Of a DNA stretch of 64,000 nt, positions 49,201-59,300 are shown one piece after another. The notes under the pieces are model-generated. The model had not been told where the DNA came from and searched no databases. It saw only the letters and a program-made list of their open reading frames with translations. The position numbers were made by a program, and so were the translations under genes. Source of the DNA: Sphaerodactylus townsendi (Eukaryota); the NCBI RefSeq assembly GCF_021028975.2, contig NC_059436.1, positions 1,612,001 through 1,676,000 of the forward strand, given 5' to 3'. The stretch's first letter is position 1. Each line of letters opens with the position of its first letter.

Positions 49201-49947
49201 TTTATCTGTCAATCTTACTCAGTTCTACAGTTTCTGCATTCAGCTGAAGTTGAGCTGCACTAGATCTTCGTTAGTACAAAGCAGTAGCTCATGTATCTTG
49301 AGAATGGTCCAGCTTGCAACTTCCTAAAATATTGGTTGAAAATTTACTGGAACCTTGTTAAGAAAATGAAGCTATTTAACAGGAATGAGGCATCTATCAT
49401 TTTCATTATGGTTAATCCTATTTGTATATAGAGTGCTTTCCAAATGCTATAAAGAAGATAGAACCTTGTGTCAGGGAGCTTACAAACTAAGCTTTAATTT
49501 GGAAGTTCTGACCAGAAGAGGCAAAGGGATGGAAGGGTGAAGAGTCTAGGATGGGGGTCGAATCCAGACTAAAATTACTGCTAGCAGAAGGCCCTCATGT
49601 CAGCAGAACTTTCCTACCTCCTTCTGCAGCCCACTGGTGTCCTTAAAGGGCTGTTGGTGGGGGACACTCTGGAATGGCATGGGGGCAATTTGTGGATTTG
49701 CAGCAGGAAAGGGGAATTGGTGGAAATTATACTTCCCTTTTAGTTAGTGGAAATTTAATTTGGATCCATCCCAAGGAATGACTGTTTAATTAAATATACG
49801 TACCAGCCTTGTTTCGGTTATAGTTACAAGTGTTTTTGATGCCTTTCTCCCGTCACCTACTTTGCTTTTGCTTTGTTTACAGGATTGGCACAAAAGACTG
49901 ATTCGGGCTCCTCACAGCCTGAAAGAGCTCTGGAATTGCATCTCTAA
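36875..49947 (+). CDS. CHMP7: Charged multivesicular body protein 7 (ESCRT-II/III hybrid), whole gene, 10 coding exons, 452 aa
   Basis: Exons 36875-37164, 39243-39417, 41354-41539, 43091-43224, 43463-43511, 44500-44619, 45021-45119, 45684-45744, 48806-48985, 49883-49947 total 1359 nt in frame; recognisable CHMP7 sequence throughout. Confidence 0.97.
37396..37690. mobile_element. Penelope-like element remnant with inverted termini
   Basis: Inverted arms of about 110 nt (37396-37510 / 37548-37660); direct repeat CCATCATACTG at 37389-37399 and 37691-37701; degenerate hammerhead cores. Confidence 0.75.
37772..38058 (+). repeat. 48-bp minisatellite, about 6 copies
   Basis: Unit TCTGTCTGCATTGTATATTTTTCTCATGCATGCAAACTGTTCATGCTT; gives 16-aa periodicity in the ORF track. 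Confidence 0.95.
39243..39417 (+). CDS. CHMP7: CHMP7 coding exon 2
   Basis: [30 protein letters not shown] (membrane-binding loop); CAG|gtaggt donor. Confidence 0.96.
41354..41539 (+). CDS. CHMP7: CHMP7 coding exon 3
   Basis: [21 protein letters not shown]...[29 protein letters not shown], 186 nt. Confidence 0.96.
43091..43224 (+). CDS. CHMP7: CHMP7 coding exon 4
   Basis: [44 protein letters not shown], 134 nt. Confidence 0.96.
43463..43511 (+). CDS. CHMP7: CHMP7 coding exon 5
   Basis: [16 protein letters not shown], 49 nt, gtaagt donor. Confidence 0.94.
44500..44619 (+). CDS. CHMP7: CHMP7 coding exon 6
   Basis: [40 protein letters not shown], 120 nt. Confidence 0.95.
45021..45119 (+). 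CDS. CHMP7: CHMP7 coding exon 7
   Basis: [33 protein letters not shown], 99 nt. Confidence 0.96.
45250..45355. mobile_element. Partial palindromic hAT MITE
   Basis: Same family as 31758-31903. Confidence 0.75.
45684..45744 (+). CDS. CHMP7: CHMP7 coding exon 8
   Basis: [20 protein letters not shown], 61 nt, G|gtgagt donor. Confidence 0.95.
45913..46707 (+). mobile_element. CR1-clade LINE 3-prime fragment
   Basis: [20 protein letters not shown]...[12 protein letters not shown] and [10 protein letters not shown]...[15 protein letters not shown]; (GTTCTTAT)n tail. Confidence 0.9.
48290..48676 (+). mobile_element. CR1-clade LINE 3-prime fragment, same family as 45913-46707
   Basis: Near-identical to about 46300-46700; TTCTTATG tail. 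Confidence 0.9.
48806..48985 (+). CDS. CHMP7: CHMP7 coding exon 9
   Basis: [15 protein letters not shown]...[18 protein letters not shown], 180 nt. Confidence 0.94.
49883..49947 (+). CDS. CHMP7: CHMP7 last coding exon
   Basis: ttgtttacag acceptor; [21 protein letters not shown] then TAA; phase matches exon 9. Confidence 0.85.
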
Positions 49948-51587
49948 CAGCTCCAAATCAGCTTCCTGCTCTGAAGATGTCTTATTTTGGTGATCATTCT
50001 TCAAGGACTTGTGGAATGTGGGCTGATGCCCCCTCCTTGCTAGACAGCACTTTTTTTGTAAGAGACGGGATGTACCGCCATGACAATCCATCCTCTTTCA
50101 AACGGACCCCAACTGCTGTTGCTGTTGTCTTTCAGTGCCAAACTACAGTGTTACTGAGTGACTTATTCACCTGTGTTGCCAATAATGGTCTCTATTTTCT
50201 GTCAAGTTGGCTCCTGCTGGTATTTTAATGTGCCACTTCATGAGAGCCTGCTTAACACTTAACAGAACTAGGTGTAACAACCACTGCTAAGAACTGGAAA
50301 CACAGCAGAGCTGCAATTGCTGTGGTGTTCAGCTGTGTTATGTGGTTGTACAAATCATTAGGTGCACAGTACACACACTGTTTCTGACAGCCAACTTTTT
50401 GGCAACAATCTTACACATGTTGATGGTCTTTTCTTCTTCCTTATCTGTGTTTGCACGGTTGTGGAAAATTTAGGTGTATGACAGTTTTATTGTAGGAGAC
50501 ATTTCCTGTTGCTATTCCCATGAGGGGGTAGCATCAGCCAAGCACAGAATAAAACCTTTCTCCAATACTAGCGTAGCCTTAAAGGAACCTGCAAAATATT
50601 TTGAAATGAAGGGGTTGCTGCTTGAAGGCGATAAAGTCTTTTGATGTTTTAAAATTGCTTTTTTTGTTTAACTGGAGGAAGAGTAATTAATGTTGTGTTC
50701 TGGTTCAGTGGAATGCTCCCTTTAATAGCCACAGAGAATTTAGGGTGAGCAGTTGAACCAGAAGCAAAGAGATGTTGGTTTTGTATCCTCCACAAGGTTC
50801 TTTTTTTTTTGTATGTGTTGAAAAATCTTGAAAAACAATAGATTTGAACGAAGTTTCCCCCACTTCAGTGGGATCTCCCTCGGGGAGTGTCACTTTTTCC
50901 CAGAAGCTCAAGAGGCAACTGGTGAATCTGAAGGCCAAACAAGAATGGGATGGCTTTTATGTATCTATAGAAAAGAAATGTGCAATTGGTCTTCCCCTTT
51001 GCAGATCACCTTTCTCACTCCTTTATGTGCACGTGAGAAATGCAGGCCTGCTCTCTCTTGAGGGCAGCTGCTTTCTGTGTGGCCAGAGTCACTGCTTGAG
51101 GAGGAGCCAAGCACTCAGTGCAAGGGTTCTTCACAGAGAGGGGCCATGCCATGCACTTAAACTGGGAACCGGCTATAGCAAGAATGCGTAGTAAGTAGTG
51201 GCTGTTAGTGAACTTGCAACCTCTTCTGTGACAGTGTGTGTGCTACCAGAAATAATGGCCTTATGGTATCCGCTGTTCCACCCAACTTTGTGCAAAGTGG
51301 AGGAAAGCTTTGAATGTTTTTTTCAAGGATGACACTGGAGCCTGAATTTGGGAGTGGGGAAACCAGCGTCATTTTTACTTTCAGCACACTACATCGGAAT
51401 GGACACTTTGCTGTTTCCCCACAAGACACTTCCTGGGCTTTCTGTCAGGATGGCACATCGAGCAGCCTTGTAATGAAGGCAGGCTACAAACAGAATCGTG
51501 TGAAACAGTTTTAATGACGTTGTGTTACTTTTGTTTAGTAAGCAGGCGAGAGAAGAAAAAGTAATCACTGTTTTTTACCAATGATGT

Positions 51588-51593
51588 AATAAA
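51588..51593 (+). terminator. Candidate CHMP7 polyadenylation signal
   Basis: AATAAA followed by a U/GU-rich tract; other candidates at 50548-50553 and 53772-53777. Confidence 0.35.
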
Positions 51594-52365
51594 GGAGAGA
51601 AAAGACTTTTAGCTTCTAGTTCTCTGTCACTGTCTGTGCTAATAGTCAGCTGTGCCTTCAAAGATACATACATAACTTTGAAACAATCATCTTGCCTCTT
51701 ATTCCCTTCTTTTTTCATTTTGCCCTTCTTAGATGCTAATACACGTGTGTTTCTCCCCTGATCCTTTTTATTCTCACAGCAGCCCTGGGCAGGAAAGTTA
51801 CTAATAATCAAATGAAGATTTGCACCAGAGTCTCACCAGTCCTGGTCCAACATTCTAGCCACGATAGCAACTTTGGTCTCAATATAAGTGCATCTTTTCC
51901 TCTGCCAAGGCAGAAATGCCACTTAAGTTTCACCTTGGTTTGGGTGTACGGCAGGTCCAGTGTTTAAATGATTTAACCCCACTGTCAGCACCAGAGGGCC
52001 CTAGGTCATAATATATTATTTGCTGATCATTTGTCAGAAGATTCTACTCCACTGTTTTTTGTAAGGTGGGTAGGATCCAAACTTGTCTTTGCTGATGAAA
52101 AAGGAAGGAGGCAATATTTGACACACACACACACACCCCAACTAGGCTATGCTGAGAATCATAGGATCTGCATGGACTGGAGGCTATGGTTTGGAGGAGA
52201 ATTGGGTAACAATGAGTGAAAGAGTTTGCTGAATCCATCCTAAAATATTGTTTCCCCCAAGAATTTGGTCACAAAACTCACTCACTAATTTATTGTTTTT
52301 GTTTGATTTTCACCAGGATGCATGTTGATAACAGGAATAACCTACTTTTTTTTTAAGTTAAAATT

Positions 52366-52530
52366 GTATTGTTGAAGGCTTTTATAGCCAGACTTCACTG
52401 GCTGTTGTGAGTTTTCTGGGGTGTGTGGTTCTGGTCTGGTAGGTTTTGCTCTTTTCACCCTCAGCTGTGGCTGCCATCTTCAGAGGCATCTGAAGATGCC
52501 AGCCATAGATGTGGGCGAAATGTTAGGAGT
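52366..52530. mobile_element. Penelope-like inverted terminus remnant
   Basis: Homologous to 37396-37690; CTGAAGA at 52490-52496 and GAAA at 52517-52520. Confidence 0.65.
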
Positions 52531-53895
52531 GTATCTTTGGAGCCTTAAGGTCTAGAAATGCAATTTTAAAAAAAAGCAAACTGAATTCTCTACCCATATC
52601 GCATTTCTGTAAATTTAATTTCTTTAATCCAAAGACTACTCCATTGATTCATACTTAGGTTTTCTCTACCCATACCACATTTCACATACAGCCCTATAGG
52701 GACGCTAGTTCCTTGAGATCATACTAATATGCATTTTAAACAGCCCTTTCCTGGATTCTCATAGCTATGATTTGACTGCAGAGAAGTTAATAACAGCCCC
52801 TCCACCCAGCTGGCTGTGGTGCCGCCGCCTCCATAGAGGCTTCCCGGCAGTGGGGACAGGCTTGAGAAGCGAAAAAGCCTCCCCACTGTTGAGAAGCCTC
52901 CATTGGGCTTAATAAACTTACACAACCTTTTTGGTGGCGTAGATGTAAAGCCCTGGCTGCCGGCATAACCGAGCTAATGGCAGAGAGGAAGATGACTGGG
53001 ATGCTGGTGCGGCACCTGGTGCCACGTCCCAGTGCTGGAGAAAGTGGCTGCTATATGCCAGCAGAAAACCCCCCCTCCTCTGGTGTAAGTGTGGATTACA
53101 CACACACACACACCCCTTTGGATGGGGCTCTAAAGGATTATCTTTTTTTTTCATTAGCTCAGAATCCTGTGCCTTTGGTACTCAAATGCTAAAGGTTTCT
53201 GCTGTCATTTTGAATATTCAGGATCTTTCAGTCCTGCGCAGGAGACAGGAAGCAGAGGCATTACTGTTTATATCCCTACTGCTTCTGCATCTAAAATATT
53301 TGCAGCTCTGGAGGGCTGGAAGAGGTATTCAACAATTAATGCCAAATAGCTCATGCTTTGTTTGAAGTGGCCTGCAATTTTCATGCTCTGGCATCTCAAG
53401 TGGGAACGTAATCAAGACAATTGAAGAATAGGAAACACCGAGACACAGTTGTTCAAAGAGGGCAATTTACATAGGGAACATCATTTTCTCCGGCATGTGA
53501 GAGAAATTAAAGAAACATTGCAGTTTTAAATAAGGTAATGGTGGTGACTGGAATACTTGATGAAGTATAAGCACAATCCCTATGGCATTGTGGGAAAATG
53601 CAGCGAATAGAGGTTTTCTTTCCATACAGACTTTTACATGAAAGTGTGCTTCAAATATCACCAAACCTACTTATGCTTAATTGGCATGAATTTGGATTTT
53701 TCACGGTTGAGATTGACCATGATGGTACATGAAAAGAGTGGATACAAGACTTGTACTGATTAATTTTTAAAAATAAAGTTAATGGCTTAATATATGGGGA
53801 AGAAAACATGGCTTACAGCCCAGTCTGATTTTTCCTTACTTATAACCCTTTGCTTACTTTTTGCTTACTTATAATCCGCTTTTCTGGACCAAAAG

Positions 53896-54200
53896 CAGGG
53901 GCATATACCACCCATGGGGGCATGTGGTGTCACATGTCCCCAGGAGCACGCCATCTAATCACATGGGGGGGGATGCTGGGCCGGGGCCGTGCTTGTTGGC
54001 TCTGGTCCGTAGACCTGGGCACTGTTGCCGGCTCCAGGCGGTAGGCCTGGGCATCGTTGCCAACCTGGCGCTCCTCTGTGAGACCAGCAGACAGGTCGAT
54101 TTCCTCCGCCCCCCTATCTAGCAAAAACAAAGCCCCAGGGTGGGCGGGTGTGAAAAATTAAGATTTTGCCCAGGCTCCATTTTCCCTAGATATGCTTTTG
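53896..54200 (-). mobile_element. hAT MITE nested in a SINE
   Basis: 8-bp TSD ACCAAAAG at 53888-53895 and 54201-54208; same family as 63607-63919 in opposite orientation; the host SINE continues to about 54437. Confidence 0.8.
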
Positions 54201-55194
54201 ACCAAAAGGAGTCTCAAAGCAGCTTACAATGACCTTCCCTCCCCACCCCTTTCCCTCAACAGTCACCTTGTGAGGTAGGTGAGGCTGAGGGAACTGTGAG
54301 GAGAACCAGCAAGCTGCATGTTGAGTGTGGAATCTAACCTGGGCCTCCAGGTTAGAGTTTGCTGGTCATGTGGAGGAGTGGAGAATCAAACCTGGTTCAC
54401 CAGTTTAAAGTCCACTGCTCTTAACCACCACTACACCCTGCAAGCAAATCTCACTCGTTCAATGCAGCTTCTCCTAGTTAGTAGCCATAAGTCCTCCTGG
54501 TTTTATGGGATAAGCAGAAGTACAGTCCAAAATCTTTATGCCTCTTGCAGGCCTTACTTGAGTGTTTTATATCATTGAGGGCTTGAATCTTGATTTTGTT
54601 TTGAGTGACAGTTTAGTTTTTCAAACACTAAGCTATCAACATGTGAGATTCCACAGGCAAATGAGACATGGCTACATAAAACTTTATATTTAAGAGAGCC
54701 TACTGCCTTGTTTTGTGTATCTGACTGGAGAATTTCATCCAGGCAGGCTATAATTGAACTTGTATTGCAATTTAACGATGACATCATTTCACTTGAATAG
54801 CCTGAGGGGAATTATAATGAGGCTTATTTCCTTTGCTCGTCTGAACTTTGACCTCTCTCAACCATATAGCTACATGTTTCCCTGAAAGAAGGAACCTCAG
54901 TATAGAAATCATCATGAGTTTTTGCAGTGCTTCGTAACTGAAGAAACAAATCCAAGATGACTATGGAGGCAAAATGTGTGGATGGATCTTAGAAATTATT
55001 CCTGTATTATATATATTCTGTTACGGAGGATAATGGGGTGACCTTGAGCCAGTCATTCTCTTAGCCTAATCCACCTTCCTAGGCGGTGGCTATGACTGTA
55101 AAATGGAGGCATAGGCTGCTGTGGGTCCCTGTTAGGCAGGGCAGAAGGCTATAAATATCTAAATCAGTGATGTCCTGATTTAAAGGCTGCAATT

Positions 55195-55483
55195 AGAAGA
55201 AGAAGAGTTGGATTTATATTCCCCTCTTTCTCTCCCGTAGGAGACTCAAGGGGCTTGCAAACTCCTTTCCCTTCCCTCCCTCACAACAAACACCCTGTGA
55301 GGTAGGTGGGGCTGAGAGAACTCGGAAGAACTAGCCCAAGGTCCCCCAGCTGGCGTGTGTGGGAATGCACAGGCTAATCTGAATTCCCCAGATAAGCCTC
55401 CACAGCTCAAGCGGCAGAGCAGGGAATCAAACCCGGTTCCTCCAGATTAGAGTACACCTGCTCTTAACCACTACACCACTGCT
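55195..55483 (-). mobile_element. tRNA-derived CORE/MIR-related SINE, young full-length copy
   Basis: Reverse complement closely matches 5940-6255. Confidence 0.85.
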
Positions 55484-56369
55484 AAGCTGGTCCACAAACA
55501 AATCCCCAAAGCAGTAGTTGTGTAGTGCCTTTTTATTAGGTCCAACCAAAATATCACAAACCAGTGCATAAGTTTTGGGTTCTCAAATTACTCTTTAGGG
55601 TAGATATTCAGTGCAGAAACAAAGGGACAAAAGAAAGAATAAGCTACTTCATGGTGGGTTATGATAGCAAAGGTCAAAGTCTGCTATTATACTCTTAAAA
55701 TGGGAAGTGGGAATGTCCCATAGTCTAAACTGGATTTGTGCCTGTCGACACCTTTTCTGGAACCTGTAAAGTGTCTTTAGGGAGTGGGTGGGGTCAGGTA
55801 GAGCTTTTGCCCAGGAAGGCTTCTTATTGACTACTAGCGGGCCCGGCCACGCATTGCTGTGGCTCAGTCTGGTGAAGTGGAAAAGAAAGAAAAGGGGAAG
55901 CGAATGGTTCGAACATGTGTCATTGCACAATGCTTGCAAGGGAGGGGAGGGGTAAGGGGCCCCTCACTCCCCTCCCTCTCTCCTGTTCCCTTGCATGGCA
56001 CCCCGCCCCGTCCCTCCCTAACGTTCCCCTTTCTCTGCTAGGGTGGGTGGGCTATGTCCAGGTGGCGGACCCTGTCTCTTTCACTCCCTTCCCTTGCAGG
56101 CGAAGTACCTAGCTTAAAATACGCTGGGAGGCATGAGCTACGTTGTGTTCAAATTTCAGAGCGTTTGGTCCAGCAAACCCTTGGACCCGCCCTCACCTTC
56201 CCCTTCCTCCGCTAGGGTGGGCCTGTGAGGTAGGTGGGGCTGAGAGAACTCGGAAGAACCAGCCCAAGGCCCCCCAGATGGTGGGCCCCATCTTTATCAC
56301 TCCAGGTGGCAGTGGTTTTCAAGGAAGGCATGGTTGTTTCCCTTGTATCAGAGGGTGTTGGTTTGACGG

Positions 56370-56383
56370 CCAGCAGATGGCAC
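56370..56383 (+). promoter_or_regulatory. CTCF-like motif
   Basis: CCAGCAGATGGCAC matches CCASYAGRKGGCRS at every position. Confidence 0.6.
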
Positions 56384-59300
56384 TGTTGCGGAACAGAACT
56401 GTGGTTCCAACTGTCACGGCTGTGGCATGTACACAATAACTGGCACAGTTGTGACATGTACACAACAGGAGGTGTGGAAACAGTATGGAAACCTGGCCGC
56501 ACACGAATGCGACATGTGAAAATTTCAAAGCAATCGGTCCAGTAATTTGGGAGATTACCTGTCAGCAGAAAAATGCACTGATAGATTTTTATATATAGAA
56601 ATTGGAGATTTGACTGGCAGTGCAGATTTTTTTTTTTTGGCGTTGGCAGCAGTTGCCACAGCAGCACAAGGATCTGCACTGTGTTCTTGAAGTTAAGCTG
56701 TGGCAGTCATTTTGTAACTGGCTTCACCTCCTGGGGCAGCCATTTTGTGGCAACCCTTTTCTTGCTGCACCCACCATGCCACGTTAGAATTCCAGATGTA
56801 TCTACATATTAACCGGGGAGTCACTTCTAAGGCCCTACCAGTCATTTCTTGATATCATAGACAGCCCAGACTAAGATGGATGCCAGACTGAATTCAAGGG
56901 CTTTGGTATCAAGAGCGTTTGCCAGACACATGCTTTCCCCCTCTCAACTCAAGTATACCCAGCAGCAAACAATGCCTTCCCTGAAGGCTCAGCCACTTGA
57001 ATCTGGATAACAGCGCAGCCTTGAGAAGGCACACCTGTTTCTGACCTCACAAAGAACTTACAAATGCTTACACCCTGATTCCATCAGCAGACTGGCTAGA
57101 TAACCTGCAACCTTTTCCCCAAAACATTAACTTAATCTTAAGCCTCCTGCCCAGCCATTAAAGAGCCGCCAGTCTTTCTTTGTTTTACAGTCTGAGCTCA
57201 TCCAGACTTGGAATGCCCCTGATCTTAATTTAATCAACACAGCCCAAACCTCCTCTAGGGATGGGCGCTCTCAGGTCTTAATTCAATCAAGCTTTTTCCA
57301 ACAGCATTGCCTGTACCTGGGAATGGAACTATTCTAGGAAGATTGCCCATCTTATCATTGCCAGAGGTCAATTTTTCCTATAAATAGACCCCCAAAATCC
57401 ATGTCTCTTTGCACTCGGATTATCCTCATGCCCATAAGCAATGCTGGCACTGTCTCTCATTCTCCTTGGACCTCTTCGCTTCAGCAATTGTAGATATCAC
57501 CTTCTCCTCAATGCCCTCTTCTATTCCCTCTATCAATCACCTCTCTTTATACCCAAGGCTTCTCAAAACACTGCGTGCGCGTGTTTGCAACTCGTGTGTG
57601 TATTTTTACTATTTTTAATCTTAAAAATGTCAACCTTGTCCTTAATTCTGGTTTTTGCGCAGATTTCTAAGGGGAGTGACCTCTGTAGAAATAGGTCTCA
57701 TTGCACTGTAGGTCTGTTCCCAGCTAATTTCCCAACCAAAAAGGGAACAGACCAGACTATTTTGGGTGACACAACAGGTTCAAAAAGGTTGGTTTTGGTG
57801 CTGCTGAGTGCCAAAGAAATTTCCAAGTACTCTAAATTCCTGGGACAGAGGAGAAATGGTTTTGTGAATGGGGGTCTCTCCAGCATTAAATGAGACTCAA
57901 GTTTCAAGTTTTTCTTCACAAAAAAATACAAAAGCAAAGTTTTGGTAGTTTCTGTGCTTTCTGATTTTTAAGTCTTCAACATTATGCTGATGGGGAATGG
58001 CCAAGCGAGACAAACGAGTTTCACTGTAACTATATTCTTCAAAGATCTAATTGTCCCTTCCAGAACCAGCTCACCTTTTTGCTCTAAAGGATTTAGTCTC
58101 TGTTGGGCCGGTTGGAAGGAAGCTGTAGTAGAACTTTCATAGTGGAAGAGGTCTGGCTGAGAGGCTATTTTGTTTTTGAGCAGGCAGAATGCTGGGAATT
58201 GTGCCTGGGAAGGAAATCATTAAGGGAAGGGGTCGTGTGGGCTGTCACTAGAGGGACTGCTGTTTCCTTTTGGAAGAGCACACTTTATGAGCCTGGATTA
58301 AGGTCTCTGTGCAAAGTTACAGCAAAAGGCCAAGATAATTAGAAAGGATAGTGCTGAAATGTTTTACTTGGGGCTGGTTTCCAGGGGAGAGTGTTGGCTT
58401 TGTAGAGCTTGCCTGCTTGCATTTTAAAAGACTTGCCAAAGCAAGGATTATAGTCGCTATTTTCCTCCTAGTAGGAGAGTGCTTTCTATAGTGTTGGCAC
58501 AACATGGCTTTATGGCAGCACAATAAATTTGAATCTGTTAAGGCAACACTGTCTTCCTCACTTGCAAGCTTTCCTATATTTAGGCCAATTTATTTAGGGT
58601 TTATTTGCTGCTTCTGCATACAATGCAGGCTTTCTGTTACAAGAATAGCATCTAGTAACTTTAAGTACAAACTCTAAAAGTGTGCTATGCAATGAGCAAA
58701 AATTCACCCCCATAAGATGTAGCAGCAGATTTTTGTCTCCAGGCTCCATTTTTCCTAGATACGCCTCTGCCCACAACAGGAGTGCCCTGACCATGAAGCT
58801 CTAGCTCACTTCCTGAAAGCAAAAGACCTGGAGTCCCTGGAAATAATTTTTTTTAAAGCAGGATTATCGTGGGGGGAAAACACTTCTGCCGATCCGCTGG
58901 GCTGCATTTTGCAATAATAGCTGCAAAACAATTCAAGTGGATGTTTGTTTCCTTTACCTGGGCAATGTTTTGCCACATTTACTTCTGGGTGACTTCAAAG
59001 AAGCAAACAGAATGCGTTCGCGATAAAAGGAAACGCACTAATAAGAGCACATATTTTGTACGAAGGCCATTTCCCCCCGCTCTGTTTGGTGTCAAACCTA
59101 GCATTGTGGGCCATACTGATCTTGGCTGAAGCCCAACTGAACTGAAAAGTGAATAAAGTCTATTAATCTTCAGATTAAATTGTGTCTGAATTAGGTAGGT
59201 CAATACTGCTAGTTCCTAGACTTGTTTTACAAGTACTGGTTAGTCATAAGAGTTGAAACCATAGACAAGATTGCCAACTACCTAGTGATGCCTGGATATC

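Noticed and set aside
57441-57893. 150-aa hydrophobic ORF
   Set aside because: No domain or splice support; pyrimidine-rich, probably repeat-derived.
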